Of a stretch of DNA of 64,000 nt, positions 57,706 to 64,000 are shown one piece after another. Within the stretch, counting starts at the first letter, position 1, and each line of letters begins with the position of its first letter. The stretch is from Lophium mytilinum (lineage: Eukaryota): positions 62,001 to 126,000 of the forward strand of contig MU004183.1 in the NCBI GenBank assembly GCA_010093605.1. Reading direction: 5' to 3'. The notes beneath the pieces were generated by a model. The model did no database searches. It had not been told where the DNA came from and saw only the letters and a program-made list of their open reading frames with translations. The translations under genes and the position numbers were made by a program.

Positions 57706-58200
57706 ATGCCCCCTTACACCATCTCCTCTGGGGGCCTCACCACCGCCTCAGACCTCCCCACCCCCACCTCCCTTGCCATCCCCTCACCCACCCTGCCCCG
57801 CTCCCCCGGCCACACCGCTTACCCCATCCCCTACAGCCATCCCCTCACCAATTCCACCCTCACGCGGGTGGTAGACCAGCAAATCACGATGACGGAGCCC
57901 CGGGGCGGCGTCACGGCATACGAGTTCTGGCCGCATAAAGGGTCGACGCCCCAAGAACAGGAGAAAGCTGTGCATGATAACAGCGTGGGCGCGGCAAGCA
58001 CGCGCCTGACGCTGACGCTGGATATGACGCGCGCGCCGACGAATACGCCCGGCGAGCTGGACCGGTTTTTGGAGGTGGTGGCGCCGCAGACCAATTGGGG
58101 TAGACTGGTGTTGGCTAAGCGCAATAGCTCGGATGGAGGTAAGAATGCGCAGGAGGGTGAGCACGAGGATGAAAGTGCGCAGGAGGATGAGCACGAGTAA
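57706..58200 (+). CDS. Small orphan protein M, 164 aa
   Basis: TATAAA at ~57604, A-rich Kozak context CACAAAAATG, genome-typical C-to-G codon gradient, terminal AQEGEHE/AQEDEHE duplication. Confidence 0.55.
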   Translation: MPPYTISSGGLTTASDLPTPTSLAIPSPTLPRSPGHTAYPIPYSHPLTNSTLTRVVDQQITMTEPRGGVTAYEFWPHKGSTPQEQEKAVHDNSVGAASTRLTLTLDMTRAPTNTPGELDRFLEVVAPQTNWGRLVLAKRNSSDGGKNAQEGEHEDESAQEDEHE

Positions 58201-58717
58201 GTCACCCCCGATTGCTGGCTGCTGTTGCAGAGTGATGGACTTATGAGCTGACGATTGAGATAGGAAGGAGTTGGCTAAGCACGGCGCGGATAACAGGGTT
58301 CGTAAACGCTCCAAGGGCGGCAATTGTCCGATCCTGTGATCTTCTGGCGATGTAATGGCGTTGGCTGTGGGTGAGGGGGCCGGCAGCGCAGCGTTAGGTG
58401 TAGCGAGAGGGTTGTCATACTTTGAGACTTTGAGATGTCGAAGAGATGGGCGGGTTGTGGACAGGGTGTTGGAAGAAGTGCTTCTGGGGCAGGCAATGTA
58501 GTCTGACTTAGAGGGGAGGAATCTTAAAAGTTGAAGCTTTTACGTACTCCGTTACTTTCCACTTGTTTACAAAGTCTTGAGGTTGTTATGGTGATTAAAG
58601 AATTTGGGGTTGTAGTGTAGATTAGCAGGATCTTTTGTCCATCTTAGGCACCGACCAGACCTTACTCACATTAGCTTCGCACACGATTCTCACGCTTTCC
58701 CATCATCCTCACAGCTC

Positions 58718-59780
58718 CTATTCATCTAGTCCCAGCCTCTCTCTCAACTCCGCCTTCTCCTCTGCACTCATCCCCTGCCCCACCTCCTCAACCGTCTTCC
58801 ACATCTCCTTCGCGATATTCGCCCTCCGACCTGCAACCCCTTTCCAGAGTTTAAACTCGCGCTCGACCTCCTCCTTATCCTCCTTCTTCACCGGCCTGAC
58901 CTTCCCAGCCCTCAGTGCGCCAAGCCGGGTCTCAATCTCCGCTGTCTCAGCCTCGAGAGTCGCAATCGAGGAACGCAGGTCCGAGGTCGACAGGGTTGTG
59001 TTCAGACTCGCTAGCGCCGCTCGGAGGGTCTTCGCAGTAGCGGTCGCGGCAGTGGTTTCAGTGCGGAGGGTCGAGATCGTAGCGTCGATCTCGGCAAGGT
59101 GTTCGGGGGTGACGGTGTCGTCGGCGGACTATCGAGCGAGGATTAGGAGTTACCGAGACAAAGGAGTAAAATAGGGGGAATCTGTTGAGGCCGTGTGTAT
59201 ATGTACCTGGATGCAGTGGTAGACGATCTGTTTTCCTGGTTGGTATTAGTAAAGAGGCTCGAGAGCTGTGGCTTCATCTGATACGGAGCATTTGGAGGGG
59301 TAAGAAGGAAAGGAGAAATCGTACCAGAAGCCCGTCCCTCGATATCCTTCTTCTCATGCAGGTCTTTGAGGATCTTCGCCGCAGCGGCTTGGACGAATTG
59401 CGAGTTAGCTCTGATCAGGTGGGGCAAAAGCCCTGAACGGAGTATCGAACCTTTCGTCACTTTGTTGTGCAGATTGGCCGAGATATCAGTAGCCTGGTCT
59501 TGCTGTTAGGGTCGTAGCTTGCGATGCGCGCAAAAGGGGAACGTACCGAGTACGGGCGGCTTGAAGGGAAGACATCAGATTCGTTCGCAGATGCGTGATA
59601 CATAAGAACGGGAACATTTGAAGACAGACTCACTTCTGCTTGCCTGTATCGGGATACTACTCGTTAGATTTCTTCCTAGTCTTTGGTCACCGAGCGACAT
59701 GACGTACGGAGATAAGTCAGAATGGTGTCGGCAGCAGCATCGCCAGACACCTTCTCAGTCTTTTCCTTGCGAGGCGCCAT
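58718..59780 (-). CDS. HOP2: Meiotic homologous-pairing protein Hop2 (TBPIP)
   Basis: Spliced by eye over 7 exons: MAPRKEK...ILTYLRKQNRPYSATDISANLHNKVTKAAAAKILKDLHEKKDIEGRASGKQIVYH, then a coiled coil ending LRERLGLDE*. Confidence 0.92.
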
Positions 59781-60230
59781 CGTGTTTTTGTTTGTGGAGT
59801 AGAGGCACCGTGGAGAGATCCTGGGGAAAGTAGATAGAAGAGGATGTTGAGAGGGGAAGTGAAGGAGAGAGGACGTTGAAATTAGGTGGTGGCGACTATC
59901 CCGAAACCGCGAGGCTGAAAGTTACAGGGGCGCATCTCCCACCAACTATTTTACCGCATCACCGTTCCACACTGGAATAGAAGTCCGAATCATGATTGTT
60001 CGTTACCAGTATACTTACAAGGATCCATTGTCCAGCAACTCGCCATGAAAAAACAAACCACGCTTGTCTTTGTGGGTTTCATGTACCCAGGGTATTATAG
60101 AGAATCCATCAAAATTCATTAACGAACATCGCCGCTCATTCACATATCCAGAACCCCAGAGCGCCGCTATGCAATCACCTCGCCCAATGCATGATCCATA
60201 GAAACTAAGCCGGAAATGTGGCCCTTATGC

Positions 60231-63212
60231 TTACATGACAATCTGAGATTTGTTAGTATATGATTCGCGAACCCGTCAGCAGGTGTAAGACAAGGGTCGC
60301 TTACGCATTCATTCTCCTTCCCAGGCTGATTAATCCCCATCTCGTCGAACGTCTTTGGTCCCTTTCCAGGTGGGTGTGTAGCAGCTGGCTTCGGGGCGGG
60401 AGGAGCAGCAGCAGCAGGCGGGGGTCTAGAAACTTCACCAGGCTTCTTCGCCTCACTGGGTCTCTTCTGCTCGCTAGGCCTCTTCTGTTCACTAGGCTGC
60501 TTTGGTTCGCCGGTCCGTTGCGATGGCAGATCGCTCTTGTCATTTTTAGGTAGGGGTCTCGGCGCTGACTCGCGGCCTGATGAACTAGGCCGTGATACTG
60601 GACGACCACCTGGAGCAGCCGTGCTTGGTCGGTCAAGCGGTCGAGCGCGTTCTTGTCCGGGTTGTACAGTAGACGGTCTAGTATTGGCAAGGCTTTCCTG
60701 TCGTGGGGGTGGCTTGCCGTGCTTCGGAGCCAGAGGTGGTGGTGCGAGAGGTGCCTCAAACCCAATATCAGGTAAGGTCGGTTGTCCTTTGTTAGGGTTT
60801 CCTCCTTTGTTCGGATTACCGCTAGCCTTCTGGAGTTTGTTTCGGCCATCTGGCGGACCTTGGTATCCGCTATCAGGTCGTGATGGCTGGCCCCCATAGT
60901 CACCAGGACGAGGTGTGCCATAAGGCTCTGGGCGTTCCACGCTCGGTCCTCCAGGGCCACGGTATGCCCTTGGGTCTGGCGGATATCCACCGGATGGAGC
61001 ACGTTGATCACGCGGATCTCTGCCTCCTCCCCGGCCCATGTTGTCCATGCTTGTGTATGGTCGCATTGGCAACGGCCCCATATTTCCTTGCTGGTAGGGA
61101 GCTAATCGGGGTGGAACAGCAGAGCCGGGTCGATCGGCGTATAGGTTAGGATTAATGTTGAAAGCTGACATAGGTCGGGAGTTTGGAGGCGCTGTCGAAG
61201 CCGACCGTAATTCTGGAGCGAACCCGCCTGCCATGCCTGGTCTGGGAGCTGCTGGCAGAGACATGTCACCCATGGGGTATGGAGTCGTCGTGCTTCCTCT
61301 GTCGTAAGGGGATGGCCCACCTAGTGTGGAAGCCCTAGCCCCTACAACCGGCGGCTGGTCAGATAGCGGATATGGTGTAGAACTTGCATTGCGGTCTGGA
61401 AGTCTAGAAACTACTGGCGAGGCGTCCGATCCCGATCCATAATCAGAAGGACTGTCGTCAGTGATAGATGGCAGTTGCGGTGCCGCAATCTTCTGGAGTC
61501 TTGCTGGCCGAGCTCCCCGCATTGAGCCGTACTGTGATTTGATCTTCTGGATGGCAATATCTTCGTGGTCTTTCTTGTTGAGTGTTTGTGACTTCGAGAT
61601 GCCCTCGAGTCTTGATATGGCGTCCTTATTGCCAGCATTTGCAGCCTTCTCATACCACTCTGTAGCCTTTTGAATATTCTTCTCCGTCGCCATACCGATT
61701 TCGTTAAAGTAGCCCATAGCAAATTGAGCAGTGGGAAGATTTGCGGCAGCGGCTCTCTCGGCGTAAGCATACGCTAGTTCTTCATTCTTCTTGAAATCGT
61801 TCTCGTAACCGCAGAGGAACCACTTGCTGATCGCCATATCTGCATCAGCCTCACCCTGCCGTGAAGCTAGCGCGTTATAGTGCATTGATAGTGTAGGATT
61901 GAATTCACACCCCAATGTGCACAGTTCGTAGGCAGATCCCATCTTGAGTTGAGCTTTTGCAAATCCGAGATATGCGGCTTTCTCGATGTTCTGACGCGCT
62001 AACTTCTCGTCGTACGGTAAGTAGATTTCCGGCACGTTGATCTGAGGCAACTCTCGCGCCTGTAGCATGCCTAGCACGTAGGCGCCCTGAGGTGCATTTT
62101 CGTCCGCTGTTGACGCAGCTTGCCGGATGAGCTGGATACCCTTGGCATAATCCTGCAGTTGACCATGTTGCCCTAGGAGTGTCATCATTCCGAGGCGGTA
62201 GTTTGACGCTGAGTCTCCAGCTTCCGAGCCTCGCTTGTAATGCACGAGAGCTTTGATGGGATCGTTCGACTGTTCGAATTGCATGCCCATGCGGTACTCT
62301 GCTCGGGAATAGCCCTTTTCCGCCGCACGGGTATAGCACCTGAACGCGTCTTTCTTATCCACTCTCATGCCAAATTTGCCAAATTCTAGCCACATGCCCT
62401 TCATAAACTCGGCTTTCGGGTGGTGTTGATCCGCAAGGAATCCCACTATGTTCATAGCATCTACGCGTAACTGGTGCTCTACTTGGGGTGTGTGTGGCCT
62501 TGGAGGCTGGGTAGTTGCTACCCGCATCTCGTGAAGCTGCGACGCGTCCACATATGCCAATGCATCCTGGGCCCAAGTAAGCTGCATCTCCGGGTCATTC
62601 GAGTTCAAGACTGGCACGCGGGCATTTTCCAGCACAGCCTCCTTCTCATCGTCCGTGGGTGGTACATGTGCAAGTCGGGTTCGGAGTTTGGGGAACGGCG
62701 AGAAGTTTGGCAGGTCGGAAGGGATGGCAAATTGATTGTAATCGTGGGATATGGCGCTCTGTTGAACTGGCTGCACGGCCACGGCGGGCGGCTGTTTGAA
62801 AGCAGAAGATATACTGGCGTTCCTCTGGGGCCAATGTCCCCCTCCCGGTGCCCCTCCTTGTGCCCCACTTTGTATTTGTTCACTCTGGTAACTTGATGTT
62901 CGCTCCGGGAACGCGTTCGCGGGAGGTTGATTATAGGATTGCGGCGGTTGTGGGGGCATCGAGTTGCGAGGTCCATTAGCTTCGAGCTCAAGATGTGCGA
63001 GGTTGTCTTGCATATTCTCTGGAACCTCGGGCATTATTCTGTCCACCACAACTAGATCAGCTCCATTGTTTCCGGGCGACAAACTGAGATTGTACGAACC
63101 GCTGAGGAGCCGGTGATATGAGTTCAGGACCGGCTTGCGGCATGTAGTAGTCGTCGAAGCCGCCGGGTACAAAGGTAGCCCCCAGCCGGGGCTGCCCTTG
63201 GTTGTAACTCAT
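60231..63212 (-). CDS. SKT5: Sel1-repeat chitin synthase activator (Chs4/Skt5 family) with C-terminal CaaX
   Basis: Exons 63212-63100, 63038-60305 and 60242-60231. Sel1 repeats (AAEKGYSRAEYRMG, AAYLGFAKAQLKMG, AQFAMGYFNEIG). The spliced end is ...KENECIVM*. Confidence 0.88.
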
Positions 63213-64000
63213 GCTTGCTTTGTCTAGCGACCGCTGGAGTGCTTGTTAGATGTGTCTGAAAGGTTCGAGGGTCGAGAGGGAGGTTTGCTACAACGCCGCA
63301 TCGCATGAGGTGACTACATGAGTAGTTATGACAAGGTAGATCATTCACGTACCTCTTGGCAAGACGCTACTGGTAGAGTTTGGAGTTTCGCGAGGTGTCA
63401 ACAGCTAGACTCGAAGCCAAGCCGGCAGTGCTGCAGAAGCTCGAGTAGATCGTCGTCAGCGCGGGCGGTATGCGGAGTAGGGCTCGGATGAAGACGCGGC
63501 TAGGAAGCGGACGGAATCGGCGGGCAGACAGGATAATGTGTAATAATAGAGTGAAGAAGGGACTGTAGGATTAGGTCATGCTCGTTTCTAAGACAGGTTG
63601 AAAGCAGCCTCGACGTGTGTCTTGGAACTGGTCAGCGGGTGCTTGGGTAGCGGGGTGACGTTTGAGGCTCTAAGAAGTATCTCCGACTGAGATCATCCGT
63701 GCGAAGTTACAAAAAGATAGGGGATCCTGCTGCTGCTGGGTCTCCATCCGATTCCTGGAGGAGGCTCTACTATTAATGTGCCCCTTGGGCTGCCGTGAGA
63801 ACAACACACAGACTTGAGGCTGTTGCTGCGCCATCCGGCACCCAACGAGGCTGAGCTTCCAGCCCAGCGAAACGAAACCCTTTTGCGGAACCGGCGCCAC
63901 CACAGCTCGCTATTCACCACTCTATTCGATCTTCCAATTCGTTCCTAGCACGAAACAAGCATTAGGGGCGTATCGTTAGTATCAAAGGCTGAGAAGCCAT

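Noticed and set aside
1..64000. tRNA, rRNA or other structured RNA genes
   Set aside because: None recognised by eye; tRNAscan-SE or Infernal would be needed to exclude them.

Overview
Eukaryotic DNA from a filamentous ascomycete, judged from short GT-AG introns with CTAAC/CTGAC branch points and Pezizomycotina-type genes; the class cannot be fixed from this window. The right third (42-63 kb) is a compact housekeeping block: pantothenate kinase, NUP159, proteasome beta2 (PUP1), ARP4, GUP1, HOP2 and a CHS4/SKT5-type Sel1 protein, with two orphan ORFs inserted. The left end carries an intronless O-methyltransferase. Between them (4.7-40.5 kb) lies a ~36 kb island of genes I cannot assign to a known family, split in two by the conserved ARL1 gene. 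Array 1 (genes A-F) has five tandem paralogs sharing NLS-like motifs and a ~75-aa core with a SAP/HeH-like pattern, plus a convergent sixth gene with a clear HeH/SAP-like motif. Array 2 (genes G-K) has five coiled-coil/NLS proteins carrying different combinations of a C3HC4 RING and a C-terminal Zn2Cys6-like module. It is arranged as a mirror around a relic inverted repeat. Two island genes are each broken by a single in-frame TAG, one is a frameshifted pseudogene, and many carry recent in-frame tandem duplications. All domain calls are by eye; no database search was run.
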